A program made the position numbers and the translations under genes. A model generated the notes under the pieces. That model saw nothing but the letters and a program-made list of their open reading frames with translations, was not told where the DNA came from and ran no database searches. A DNA stretch of 63,356 nt, the filler included, from Rhabdomonas costata (lineage: Eukaryota), in assembly GCA_019059605.1 (NCBI GenBank). It is 26 parts of 26 records of this genome, joined end to end, with 100 filler letters (N's around TTAATTAATTAA, not from the genome) between each part and the next. Parts side by side here need not be neighbours in the genome. Positions count along the whole stretch, not along the records: positions 24,423 to 26,764 come from JAHMHO010003925.1; positions 26,865 to 29,205 come from JAHMHO010003926.1; positions 29,306 to 31,646 come from JAHMHO010003927.1; positions 31,747 to 34,087 come from JAHMHO010003928.1; positions 34,188 to 36,528 come from JAHMHO010003929.1; 21 more parts are not named here. The stretch is one strand, 5' to 3'. Positions 24,900 through 36,628 of this stretch are shown here, in pieces. How positions within the stretch are numbered: position 1 is the stretch's first letter; each line of letters begins with the position of its first letter.

Positions 24900-25413
24900 T
24901 CTCATGCTCCAGTGGGAGGTACACTCAATCAGACGCCAATCATTTGCATTTGTGTTCTGGAGAAACGTGGGCTTGAGTTCATGGCAGAGCATTTCCCAGG
25001 ACGCAAACTGCTTGTCACTAGGGAACAGCCCGATGACATGTTCTCACAAAGCGATGAGTGCTTACCGGATGGCAATGCGTCCGGCAGCTTCCGCTGCTAT
25101 TTCCTGATCTAGAACTCCAAGATCAAATGCAGGAAGTGATCTGTGTGGCCAGTGTAGTCAGGGAACTGATGGGTTTTATCCACCAACTTCCTGAGCGTGT
25201 ATGTGTGTGATGAGGTTGCCAACTTCTCAATGAGATGCTGCTGGTCTTGGGCACTGCGCTCGGAAAAATCTGCTGCGCTGCAAGAATCTCACCTTGCGTT
25301 TGCTGCATTGCTTGAAACATAGCTGCCGTTTCTTGCGCAATTATCTGAGCGAGTAGCTCACTGGTGATGGAAACGGTCACTCCTGGCTGAGTTTGTCCAC
25401 TCACTGATTGCAA
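24900..25413 (-). mobile_element. Decayed retrotransposon gag-like region
   Basis: Q/A-rich helical start, then a stop-interrupted frame containing QFASWEMLCHELKPTFL (the SWxxLxxxLxxxF gag pattern). Confidence 0.35.
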
Positions 25414-26253
25414 TTAGCCTTAGTAATCACCCGTTAAGGATCTAACCCAACCAAATTAAATTGAGGGATTTTTTCGCAACGAAATCAGTGAATTGGAGCG
25501 GCCCAATTACTAAATCGTGTGACGGGAAGGTTCTGTTGTTTCACATGTCACGTGTAAAACAAGATACAAAGAACAGAAACTGCATTTGGGAGAACTATGA
25601 CTATGACCACTGTTTCACAGAAAAAACACTGGTGTATAATATTCTCACTTAAACAGCTGGCGCACGACGCCTTGTCAGCGACCTTGGTTTCGGATTTGGC
25701 AAAATACTCCTCTCCCTGTGAAAAACCGGGGCTTCCGAAGCTTTTCATGGCTTCGCGAGCGACACCTTGCCTTGGTAAAGTAAGAAAACCGCACGCACAC
25801 CAATCCGGCAAAGCGTAGGTTGTAATTATTTAGTCTGCTACCAGGTCTGACGATTTAGGACATTGGCTGGTGATCGTCACACAGCATTAGAGGATTTGGT
25901 GTATAGATGACACCAAAAAAAGGTTAAAAACCAAAATACAATTTGGTTTTAGGACGAAATTAACCCACACACACCTATTTAGAACGCACTAAAGTACAAA
26001 AGAAAACACAATGTCTTGGGGATTTGCCACTTGGTTGCCCTTCACTTTAGATCATTTGGGGCCCGGAAGGGCCGTGAAAAAGAGGAATCAAAAGAAGCAC
26101 CAAGCATGGCCACAAACAGAGTTTTCACGTTCCCACGTTTTGTTGGAATTCCAGCGCCGGTCTCACCGCACCTCGGTGGGCCGGAATTCTCCGCCCCAAG
26201 GGGATTGAAATTCCAAACCAAAGGCTTTCTTGTTTTGGCCCATTTTTCTTCCC

Positions 26254-26535
26254 TCAGCTGCCGCCGGGAGTGAAGAACGGCTTCATCCCTTTGGCCACGC
26301 TGTGGGGAATACCAATACATTCCCAAGGATTTGGGCAGAATTGCGGTCCCAACATCTCGGTCTTGGATTCCAGGTTTTCCTGTTTGTGACAGTCAATGTC
26401 TTTGATCCACTCTTTATCAAACAAAATGCAATTGTAGGTGCCTGGAAGTCGAGTGTACAGCGCATGTGTGTTGAATGTATTCCACCATTTCTGCACTCGA
26501 ATGGTGATGGTGATCGGATCAGCTAGATCATATTG
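26254..26535 (-). pseudogene. Degenerate glycosyltransferase family 8 (glycogenin-like) C-terminal fragment
   Basis: YDLADP...YTRLPGTYNC...IPHSVAKGMKPF resembles the GT8 motifs YDxxDQ, LPxxYN and HxxxxKPW. The upstream frame is broken. Confidence 0.35.
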
Positions 26536-27130
26536 TGTACAACTGCTCTGGACGTCGTGGAAGCTGACTCATGGTTTTCCTTGTAGCTGGCTCGAGCGAG
26601 GCTTCCATTTTTTATGCAATATATGATATGTCAATGTCACGCTGGAAAGCTTTGCGTGAATAGAGGGGGCGGGATAGCGGATCTTTCTTCAATGCGTGTA
26701 GTGTCTTCCAAAACTGACTGACTGGTAAAACGTGATTGTGAAGAAAGATCCGCTAACCCACCCCNNNNNNNNNNNNNNNNNNNNNNNNNNNNNNNNNNNN
26801 NNNNNNNNTTAATTAATTAANNNNNNNNNNNNNNNNNNNNNNNNNNNNNNNNNNNNNNNNNNNNCGTGGAGTGACAAGCATAATTTTGGGACAAGCATAA
26901 TGCTGGCCAAAGCCGGAGCGTTGATGGTGTTTTCTTCTCAAGAGCATGGCGTTATGGTTCCACAAAAGGAAATGTGGTGGTGGTACTGAATGGGGTGGGT
27001 GGAAGCGTTGAGCACCAGTGAATGGAAGGGACAACAGGAAACACCGAAAATCGCCACACATCAATTCCCACACAATACCTATTACCACATTTCCGCACCC
27101 ACGCCCACCCACAACCACACACGCACACAC

Positions 27131-27330
27131 CCGTCACTAAGGTAGATCCCCCGCATGACCTCAAACGTGCTGCCTGTCGCGCCCAGCTGCAGCAGAAGCC
27201 TGGCCCGCTCGTAGGGGGCAGTGCATGTTTTGGAGACCACCCCGCACAGCCCCCCAATCAAAAACTGCGCCGCGGCGTAGCCCGCCTTTGGTGGGCTGCC
27301 CGACGAACTCCCACCTCCGTGCTTTCCCAT
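27131..27330 (-). CDS. Mitochondrial carrier (SLC25) family protein, first coding exon
   Basis: FLIGGLCGVVSKTCTAPYERARLLLQ...IYLSDG contains the Px[DE]xx[KR] signature. ctgcag directly precedes the ATG and a gtgtgt donor follows. Confidence 0.85.
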
Positions 27331-27730
27331 CTGCAGAAAACTGCCTTTCTTTGGATGCAAACAAAACCAAGGAATGGGTTCTGGCGAGTTGGTGGAGAAT
27401 CTAACAAGCAGAAAAACCGGAGAGAAACTGCGACAAAAAGTGAGAAAAGTGAGCGGAAGACAAAGGACAGGATGCAAACGTGCCAGAAAGGTACGGTCAA
27501 AGCCACTCCAGAACCATGATGAACATCTGCACAACACTCCTCCAATCCAGGAACTATAAACAGATGAACGGCACCGAGGAAAGCGGTCATGGTCCCGAAC
27601 GATGGGAGAGACGACAGATGCCATCCACCGGGAGAAGCGCGAGCGGAGGCGACGGTTTCACCGCCTTGGAAGGCGAAACCACTGAGGTCTGAGCCACTGC
27701 ACCGCTGAAAATCCTGGACAAGCTCTCCGC

Positions 27731-28620
27731 TTGTATGCTTTTCAAGACACGGCCAAAGTGGCTGGGCCGCCTGTCTCCTTCCCAAACTTCCCAAACCTCC
27801 TCCTTATCGCCCATCTCCCCAGTCCGCAGTCCTTAATCCTCAATCCTCCGAGGAGCGTTCTCCCTCACAACCTCCGACCATACTTCACCCTGTTATACGA
27901 CGACTCCATCACATTGGGAATGGTTACGGCCTGGTTATAGGCGGGAGGCAGTTCAGACTGCAACCCAAAAATGGCATCCTCCGTGGCACAGGCACCGTGT
28001 AACAGGATGTTTTTGACGCTTTCCTCTTCGTCTGTTTGACCACTCCGGAAGACGAGGTGTGGGAAAGGGGTCCACTCTGGCAGATTCTCTCCAGATGGCG
28101 GCTCCCTCAGGCAACATGCAGCATTGACACCCCGCCTTTCACGCTCGGCTTGGCAGTGTACTTTGCCACTAATGCAGAATTCAGGAAGTTCCAGCGCACC
28201 TATGAGGCACTGCGACACTTACTTCGGGAACTGTAGCACCTGCTGTGGCTTCGAAATTTTAGTGCATCCAACTCCGGCGCCATGACTGGGCCTATGTGCG
28301 AGAGTGGCTAGAACACAACTTCGCTCAGCCGTGAATGCATTGGGACCTCGAGGACCTGGGGAACATATTCGCATCATGGGGTAAACGCTCCAGGACGCGG
28401 GTGAGCTGTAATAGGAGCAGGCGACCGGTCTTTTGGCATCGCCTCCATCGACTCTAGTGTCGACCCACCCTGAGCACCCTGAGATCGACCTGGGTCATGC
28501 TGGCCTGGTGATCAATGGGTGACCATCAGCTTTGGCAGAACTTTAGGTTGGATGAGGATGTCGCTAAGCAAGTGTATGCTTTTACTCTTTGGGGAGACTC
28601 AGGTATGATGCCAGCTAAGG
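27731..28620 (+). pseudogene. Long decayed intronless ORF of unknown origin (TE-derived or processed gene)
   Basis: Coding-like W/R/L-rich segments (e.g. FRKFQRTYEALRHLLREL*, RRHDWAYVREWLEHNFAQP*) interrupted by TAG/TGA and frameshifts. Confidence 0.35.
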
Positions 28621-31600
28621 AGGTCGCCTCCTCCTTCTTCTCCTCCTCCTCCTCCTCTTTGTCGTCTTTGTCAGCACCAAGAGCAGCAGGGGACGTAGCA
28701 CTCCTCTCCCGGTCCCCTTCCTTTGGGGAGGGAGCGTCATTGGAGGGCACCCAGCCCACGGGGGGCCCTGCCACCCCCCTGCTGCTGCTCCTGGTCCCTA
28801 TCCCCGTCGTTCTGTGGGCCTCTCCCGTCGCGCCCGCAACCATCTCACCAATATCTCCACGACCACACCCGCAGCGGTCACCACCGCTACCGCTCTCTTC
28901 GGAGCGAGCCTCCTCGCTCGCCACACACTTGGCAGTGCTCCTCAAGTTGCTAGGCTGCCGCTAATTAGAGCCCGCAGCTACAAGCACAACTTGTTGTGCC
29001 AAATGCAAGAGCCTGTGCCCTTTAAGTGGCACATACTGCCAGACCGTTTTTGCTTGGCTTACGCTGTGACTCACTTCAATTCAGTGCAGTCCTTTTTATT
29101 TCTAATTCCTGGTGATGACTTGGAAGGGAAGAGGAGATGCATGCAAACGACACGGGGGAGGTCGACTCCCTCTTCCATCGTCTTTCTAGAGGAGGACAAA
29201 AACAANNNNNNNNNNNNNNNNNNNNNNNNNNNNNNNNNNNNNNNNNNNNTTAATTAATTAANNNNNNNNNNNNNNNNNNNNNNNNNNNNNNNNNNNNNNN
29301 NNNNNGTGGTTGGGTGTGTATTTTGTGAGGTGGGAGTGGGCGGGATGGGGGGCGCGGTTGTTCAACCATCACACGAAACCAGATCAGTGATTGGTGAAAA
29401 CCCGCCGAAACTACTCCAGCGTTCCTACCTGAGGCATATGCTCCCATCAATGCAAAAATTGGCCACCGCCTCCAATTATGAATCTGACCCACACCTCCTG
29501 AGGAGAACAAACAAAACTCACACAGAACTCCTGGTTTCAAGCCTCACCGTTAGCAGCGACACAGCCCCCCCCCCCTGACTGGAAAAGAGAGGGGTGAGAT
29601 TGGGGTGGGATCCCGAACACCATGCCCACCAAGGGACTCACAAAGTAGTCCATGGTAAGGCTCACCGATGGAAGGAGCTCAGGGCTTACTTGAGAGCACT
29701 CCAACTGCCAGTCAAACCTGATAAAAAGCCACAAAAAAAATGCAGGTAAACCATATAAACCCGCTCGCGATCACACTTCACTAGGTTTCTCTGTAATTGA
29801 TACTGATTGACATCCATTCAATGTCGAAGTGGCTGACTGATGACCCATGCACAGGCACATGCAAACGCCGCGTAGAGCACTGGAGAAGCGTCACATAGGA
29901 GCCACACCAAAAGGCAATCAAAAGAGAAGGATGGGCAGGGTGGGGGTGAAGGAAGAGATCAGGCAGCACATGCGGAATAGTGAACGAAGAGGGGAGCAGC
30001 AGCGAGGAGTGAATGCTAAGGACCAGGACGGAGGTCTGAGCAAATCACAAGAAACCCATTACAGGCTCTGCAGTACTGCCGTGGTGGGGTAGGGCTCAAC
30101 AGAACAAAACGCACACCCGGACGTTAGTGCAGTTTCAGAATACTCGAAAACCAGCACACAGTCACTGAACAAAAATTGGTAAAATATTGGAATGGTGATG
30201 TGGCTGTTCAGTTTCCTGCTTGATGCCTCGCGCGACTAGCCGCACTCGTACACACCTGCATTCAGGCTGCATGGAGGCGGGCATTAAACAACAACACAAA
30301 AAACATTCAGTTCACGATTACTTCATCAGGAACCGCCACTGATTTACCGCACCGAAACGACAACGTCAAATTCCAGCAACGCAAGCGAACCACGGAAGGA
30401 CCGGGCGTGCCTGCACTCTCCGTCTGCCGCTCCGAGGGCTTTTTCTGTGATTGTGTGCAAGACAACACGGGTTTTATGGGCATCTGCCGCCATAAAAGAA
30501 AGGAAGGCAGTGGGATGGGAAATGCGGCAGAGGGGAATCGGCTCCCGCGGTAGTTTTGAAGGGTTCGCATCCCTCTCTTGTGCCCCTCCACGTATGCCGG
30601 CGACAGTCCTTCTTTATAGAGAAAGGCAAATCCAATCGACCATAAATGGGTAAGCCCCATACCCTGGCCATCACCTGCGAGAAGGTGATTCCGAAGGATC
30701 GCAATGAGTACGGTAATGGCGCGTTCCTGACCTCTCTGAAGCCACGTGACGTCATTTGAAGGGTTTTCTTTGATCTGAAACTTGCATGAAACCGCGCAAA
30801 CAGCCACGGAGGGCACACCAGGCTGGCTTGCACGGCGGCAGCACGGTCTCTCCGCACAGGTTCCTCCAGGCCCTTCCGCAGCATCGAGCACAGAGTGTCC
30901 ACCGTAACCGAGATGTGAGGGCAGAACTCCTTTTATAGAATGGTGCGCGAGAAGGACAATCGTCCCCACCACCACCACCAAAAACAGCGGGATATTGTAC
31001 CATAACTGGTCCTGAATACCATAATGCAAATCTGAGTGAGCGGTATCCATATATCCACAGAGGCGCAGATGGGTTTAAAAAAGATTCCTTGGGAGAGAAA
31101 ACGCTTTCCAGAAAGATAACCCTCCGTAGCACTTCGGAAAGAAGCGGCACATGAATTACAAAAAAAGAGCAGGCCCGGGCACGGGCACCGGCCTGAGGGT
31201 AAAAGGACCGGCCACGCAGCGTTTCGAGAGGCCCATTGTAAGGATAGTGACACCCCGAACACTCAGAGGAAGGTGTGACGCACTTCAATTTAGAGTCGTC
31301 GGACCATATATAAAAGTCATCGTCTTCAGTATATCAAGTGAGATTCACCCCGCCATCTAAGTGCGCAATAGTACTGAAAAAGGCCTTTGATGTCTTTGTG
31401 CGAGATTTTTTACCAATTCAATCATGTTGTATGATATCAGACACCACTTGCCAACGTGGCAGACGTTTGGCATGCGCTGCCAAACATCTGCGCCTGCAAA
31501 AATCACAGGATAGCTTAGTTCTGAGTTTACGGTGTAAGGTGTAAGGTTATCTACTAGAAAAGGCTTTGCCCTGAAATCACTTTGTTCACCCAGAAAGAGA

Positions 31601-32264
31601 TTTCAGGGCAAAGCCTTTTCTAGTAGATAACCTTACACCTTACACCNNNNNNNNNNNNNNNNNNNNNNNNNNNNNNNNNNNNNNNNNNNNTTAATTAATT
31701 AANNNNNNNNNNNNNNNNNNNNNNNNNNNNNNNNNNNNNNNNNNNNTTTGTTGGTTGGGGAAAGAAGTTTCCAGGAGCATGTGCTGCACAGCGTAGCACG
31801 TTCGCGAGCATAAATCGAGCTACGACACTGCAGAAGCAATCTCCTACCCCGAGCAGCGGGGTTTGGGAGAACAAACGTATGCCTTGTCTGGGGGCATACG
31901 TCGAAGGCATTATGCGTTCTGCGGTTTCACCGCAGAGATGGTAACAACGCCTGCTCCGAGACTGGTTGAGTCGAATAAAGAGATGTATAACGAAAAGGGT
32001 CGATGGGGTCCCCGCTTTCCCATCCAACCTTATTTTCGTGCACCTTCTCACCTTCTTCTTGAGATCATCGCACATCTTACACGAGGGTCAGTATTACTTT
32101 TTTGACCTGCCACATCTCCTTGCTGCTGCTGCTGCTGCAGGCATGAAATAAGCTCCGAAACATCGCAAGAAAATGTAGTGCAGTGTGAAAGAAGTGGGAC
32201 ATCAACTTCGCCGGAAGGCTCCTTCCTATTCTTCATCCAACTGTATGCATCAAAAATAGCATAC

Positions 32265-34087
32265 GCAGGCAGCACTCCTCCGGACGGCATAACGGGGTGG
32301 TGCAAACAAGGCTGACGCTCTTCGGGGAGGCCCCAGCGGGGCAGCGGTACGTCTGGCAGGAAGGCAGTGCCTTTGCTGCAAAGCCCATAACCCCCAAATT
32401 TCGAAAAGCCTCCCCCACGGAAGGATCACATTGAACAAGAATTGATGATGTCGATCCGTCGATAAGCCCTCGGCTGCTGCACTGGGGGGAAAGCGGCACG
32501 AGATAAACAGGGAAGAGCCACCATGGGGCACGATTTGGGCACCAGCCTGAGAGTGCAGCTGGCCACAAAGCGTTTCGGAAGGGACACTGCGCATAGAAAA
32601 CACCCCCGGCCCCCTTCAGCTTTGCTCTCATTCCAAAGAAACGTTCAACGTGTAAACACACTGGCTCACACCCATTGTGAACACTGTGTTGCTCGCGGTG
32701 TCCGACTTGTCCGGGCTCCCCCCAGTGAAGCCCCCAGTGATGAAAATCTTGCACTCGTACTCCATTTGAGCCTCCAGCACCCCGACCCCAAACCCCGCCA
32801 AGGGGCCCGAGGACTGCCCGCGGGACGCCCACTGCACCCCATCGGGGGAGCTCCAGACCTCGGAAACCACTGCCCCAGAGGAGGCGCGGCCCCCAATCAT
32901 CCACAGCCGCCCCGCAGAGTACACCAGCGCTCCCTCGGAACGCGGCGAAAAGGCGGCGTGCTTGGTAGCAGGAATCCAGATCACACCATCATCAGTACTC
33001 CATACCTGGCAAGAGCACAGGCCATTGCAGATGCAGCACATTGCCAATGAAAGATGAGTGTCCAATACAGGATGCACGACATGTCGGTTTTATTCACCGG
33101 GTCACGTCTAAAGAGAGAGTTGGAGCAGTTTTGGAAAAATGGGGTTACTGAAGGCGTCGATTAAAGGCAAAATACATGCAGTAAAAACAACAACTGCCTT
33201 TGAGCTTTTGCTTTTAGATTCGAGAAAGCCTAAACCGGGTTGTACTCGGGTTGAAACCTTCAGGGGTGACGTGTCCGATTCGAAACTTTTGTTGGAGCCT
33301 CTACCCGTGGCGCACAATATGGACCGTTTGTCGGAGGGAAAGTTCCTACAGCGCAATTAGCTATTTTGGACCTTCATATTCCCGCTGATGGCAGAGAATT
33401 CCAAGGTTGAATCTTTGTTACCCGCAAGCACATCAGTGGTAAGAAGAAATACCGGCGTGATTGCAACCAATGGTCACTTCCGGGAGATTCACTTCACTTC
33501 ATTTGCAACAGGATTCAACATGGCATGACAAAGCCGTATTTGCTTGAGAGTGAAGAAAGTGGAGCAAATTGAAGGTCAACCTCTCAGTTACGGCCAAGGC
33601 GGGGTTTTCTTTGGCTTTTTGCTTTGCATTTCCCTTGCAAAAAATAGAAATCGCCCAAATATACTCAAGGGTTGTGGAGCGCTGGACAGTGAGGGGAGAG
33701 AGGAGAGATTGGACTATACGTCATTGAAAAAGGTGTTTCCGACGCCGTAGCCCGAGGCAAGCCACAGTCGCTTCCCGAACACAGCGACCGAAGGGTGGGC
33801 CCGCGCCGGGAAGGCAGCTGAGGGCTTGACTGTAAACAGCTCCCAGTTCCCCAGCACCCCTGTGGTGCTGCTCCAGACGTCGCCCAGAGATGGCCCATGG
33901 GTGCTCCACCCCGCTATAACCCACACCCTGCGTTGAAAAACCGCAGTGCCGTGGTTCCCTCGAGGGGTGAAGCTGACCGCCCGGTTTGGCAGCTGCCGAA
34001 TCTCCGACACCCAATATGAACCGTTCCGGCTAGTCCAGACGTCTCGGTTGAAGGGAAGCCCTCCAAGGACTAAAAGCTGGTCATGAA
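32265..34087 (-). CDS. Kelch-like beta-propeller protein with downstream Cys-rich module (exons >34087-33720, 33005-32672, 32375-32265)
   Basis: Repeats of F.PR..H...VF...W...G....DVW.S.DG..W. The ND|VWSTDDG splice is in frame. The last exon encodes CQTYRCPAG...CTTPLCRPEECC. Confidence 0.8.
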
Positions 34088-34573
34088 NNNNNNNNNNNNN
34101 NNNNNNNNNNNNNNNNNNNNNNNNNNNNNNNTTAATTAATTAANNNNNNNNNNNNNNNNNNNNNNNNNNNNNNNNNNNNNNNNNNNNGGGGGGGTGGTCA
34201 CGCGGAGGTTCTCCTTCCGACCCGGCGTCAACCGCGGGGGGTGGTCCAGCAGGCGGCGCTCCGTGGCCTGAGTGGGCAGAGCCCCGGTGGTGATACTCAG
34301 CATCGGCAGTTTCAGCAGAAGAACCGTGGGCCCGGGAATGACCTCTGCAAAAAAAAACGCAAGTTGACTTTCCTCCCCATCTCACCGCTCTCTCGACATC
34401 TTAGCCCCTCCAGCACCTCCACCTCCTCTCCCAACAAACTTGACTCCTTCAGCAGTGCTGATTAATCGCAGGAGACCGCAGAGACCCACACTTTCCGTCC
34501 GCTTCGTTCTCTTGTGTGCGTTTGAGTGGAAACGAAACTCTAGAGTGACCGCCACTCTAATAAAAAAGCAGAC

Positions 34574-34751
34574 CTAGCGTTGCTGGGAGCATGAGCCTCT
34601 CGTTCCAAGTGACCGAGGGGTGCCCCGTACGGGTTGTGGTGCTCATCTGCATATCCCCCAGGCGGGCCGTGATGAACCCGGAGAAGCCCGGGGGGAGCTC
34701 CGTCGCCGTGCCCACGGTCACCACCAGGGTGCCCGACCGCGACGAGGCCAT
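34574..34751 (-). CDS. C2-domain protein, first exon
   Basis: MASSRSGTLVVTVGTATELP...TTTRTGHPSVTWNERL matches the C2 motifs GxLxVxV..A.xL and P.WNE. Confidence 0.6.
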
Positions 34752-35704
34752 CTTCTGCCCAAGGAGAATGCCTCCCTGTGGGCTACAGACTGAGAGAGTT
34801 AATATGGGGGGACGCAAGGGCCTTTCACAGATAATAGCACATCACTAAGAGAAAGAAACAAGCGTTCGAGATGCCCCAGCTTTTCTAGCTTGTCGATTTT
34901 GCAAGGGGTCAGAAGACTAAGTCGAAGAAAGCCTGGGGTCCGTTGTTTATACATAGGCTTAACAAAATGCTGCGTGTCTGGGTCAGGGTTTTGTGATCCG
35001 CGTCGGCTGCTCGGGTGCATCCCTTCTGCGTCGTTTCTTGTCGCACGCAGCGGAGGGTTTAACGACGCCATCCATATCGTATTTGAAAAAAACACCCCTG
35101 CCGAACGGGACTAGGAAAATGGCTGGAGGCCACCCTCTATATGATGTGGGTTGTGGGTATGTGGGTTTCTCACCTACCTCGCATTCTCGAGGAACTACGG
35201 GTGGTGGTACACAGTGACGGCCGGGACAAATACCTTTTCTCACAATGACGGTCTTCGCCCACCACTTTTATAGTTAATCCTCAAAATAATAGATACTGCA
35301 GGTTAGTTATACTCATTAATCGCTGAAAGAGAGGAATTGGTTTCGTATCGTTTCGTGCACTGCCGCACTTCAGCTTTCCTTACTCCTTTCAAACGCCTTT
35401 GTACATGCAACCGTATCCAACAGTATGCGCCAGCACAGCACGGCAACCACAAAAGAAAAATGATGGGAAAGCAATGAGTTCCGCGGAAGTAGATGTAGAC
35501 ACACACAAAAAAGGTTGGGAGGTGCAGGGAAAAAAGAAAATCCCAGGACCCAACAATGCACATCGATTGTAGCAGAGGCATGAGGTTGCGCAAAGAGGAC
35601 AAACCACCGACATTCACCAAGACTTCATTCTGGTCACCACCGCGGCAAAAAAAAAGGAGACACACAAGAACATTCGCACGGAGAGGGGAAGCATGTGAGG
35701 GTCT

Positions 35705-35794
35705 TTACTCCGTGGCCTTGTTGACGACAGGGGTGTAGACATGACCGCCCTTGCGACTGAGCATGGTGATCTCGGCGCGAAGCTGATCGATTTC
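35705..35794 (-). CDS. CFAP44: Cilia- and flagella-associated protein 44, terminal exon
   Basis: catcag acceptor, then EIDQLRAEITMLSRKGGHVYTPVVNKATE*, matching the recalled FAP44 C-terminal EIxxLxxEIxxLxRKGG(H) motif. Confidence 0.65.
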   Translation of the reverse strand, partial: EIDQLRAEITMLSRKGGHVYTPVVNKATE

Positions 35795-36628
35795 CTGATG
35801 CGCGAGTGGGCGGGACGAAAATACGTGTCTGACGAAATGGATTGCGTCCCAAAGGAGACATGCTTCGGTGGTCCTTTCAGAAGGAAGGGAAAGAGAATCG
35901 GGTGCTCTTCAAATAAGTAATAACGGAGAATACATAGCTGGCACGTTGTAACGAGCCCACATGCGACATCCCACTCGACAGCCTGTTGGCCCCCAACCAC
36001 CAACCCGCAAAATTCAAATGAATGAGACATTATCTCCCTGGGCAACACACAAGGTCAAGAAACAGGAGAATAATGAAAGCAAGCAAGCGAGCGCGCGCAC
36101 ACACACACAACCCCAGGTCCTCCGCAGGTGAAGGAAGATGAGTCAAAATCCGAAAATGGGGACAGCACCCGCCAAAACCAAGTCGTCATTCGAAGGAAGC
36201 ACCGCCAGAGAGAGAGAGAGAGAGCAACAGCGACGGGAGCGAGTGAGAGAGGCACGGAACGCGAGAGAGAGGGTAAGGAACCAGAGAAGGTCGGGGAAAG
36301 ATGGCCGCGGGGATCACGTATGGAGCATCCAGGAAGAACAGAGACGCAGAGCAGGAGAGGCCGACGGCAGGAAAGGCACCCCCGAGGCTCTCAGACTCTC
36401 AGGGGCGAAACATCAAAGCCACAGCCGAAAGAAGGTGTGCCCCAGGAGTGCGATCCTGGCACGGGATATACTGCAAGTTCCAACGGTGTCCCTTTGTACA
36501 CTCCAGCGAGGAGCACCTAAAACAAACANNNNNNNNNNNNNNNNNNNNNNNNNNNNNNNNNNNNNNNNNNNNTTAATTAATTAANNNNNNNNNNNNNNNN
36601 NNNNNNNNNNNNNNNNNNNNNNNNNNNN

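Noticed and set aside
30640..31280. Hydrophobic coding-like segments on the minus strand
   Set aside because: The frames do not join and no family motif was recognised, so it is too weak to call.
31531..31646. Perfect 48-bp inverted repeat (31531-31578 / 31599-31646), hairpin-telomere or MITE-like
   Set aside because: It ends exactly at the contig end, and the same pattern recurs at other contig ends with unrelated sequences. This is typical of amplification fold-back chimeras.
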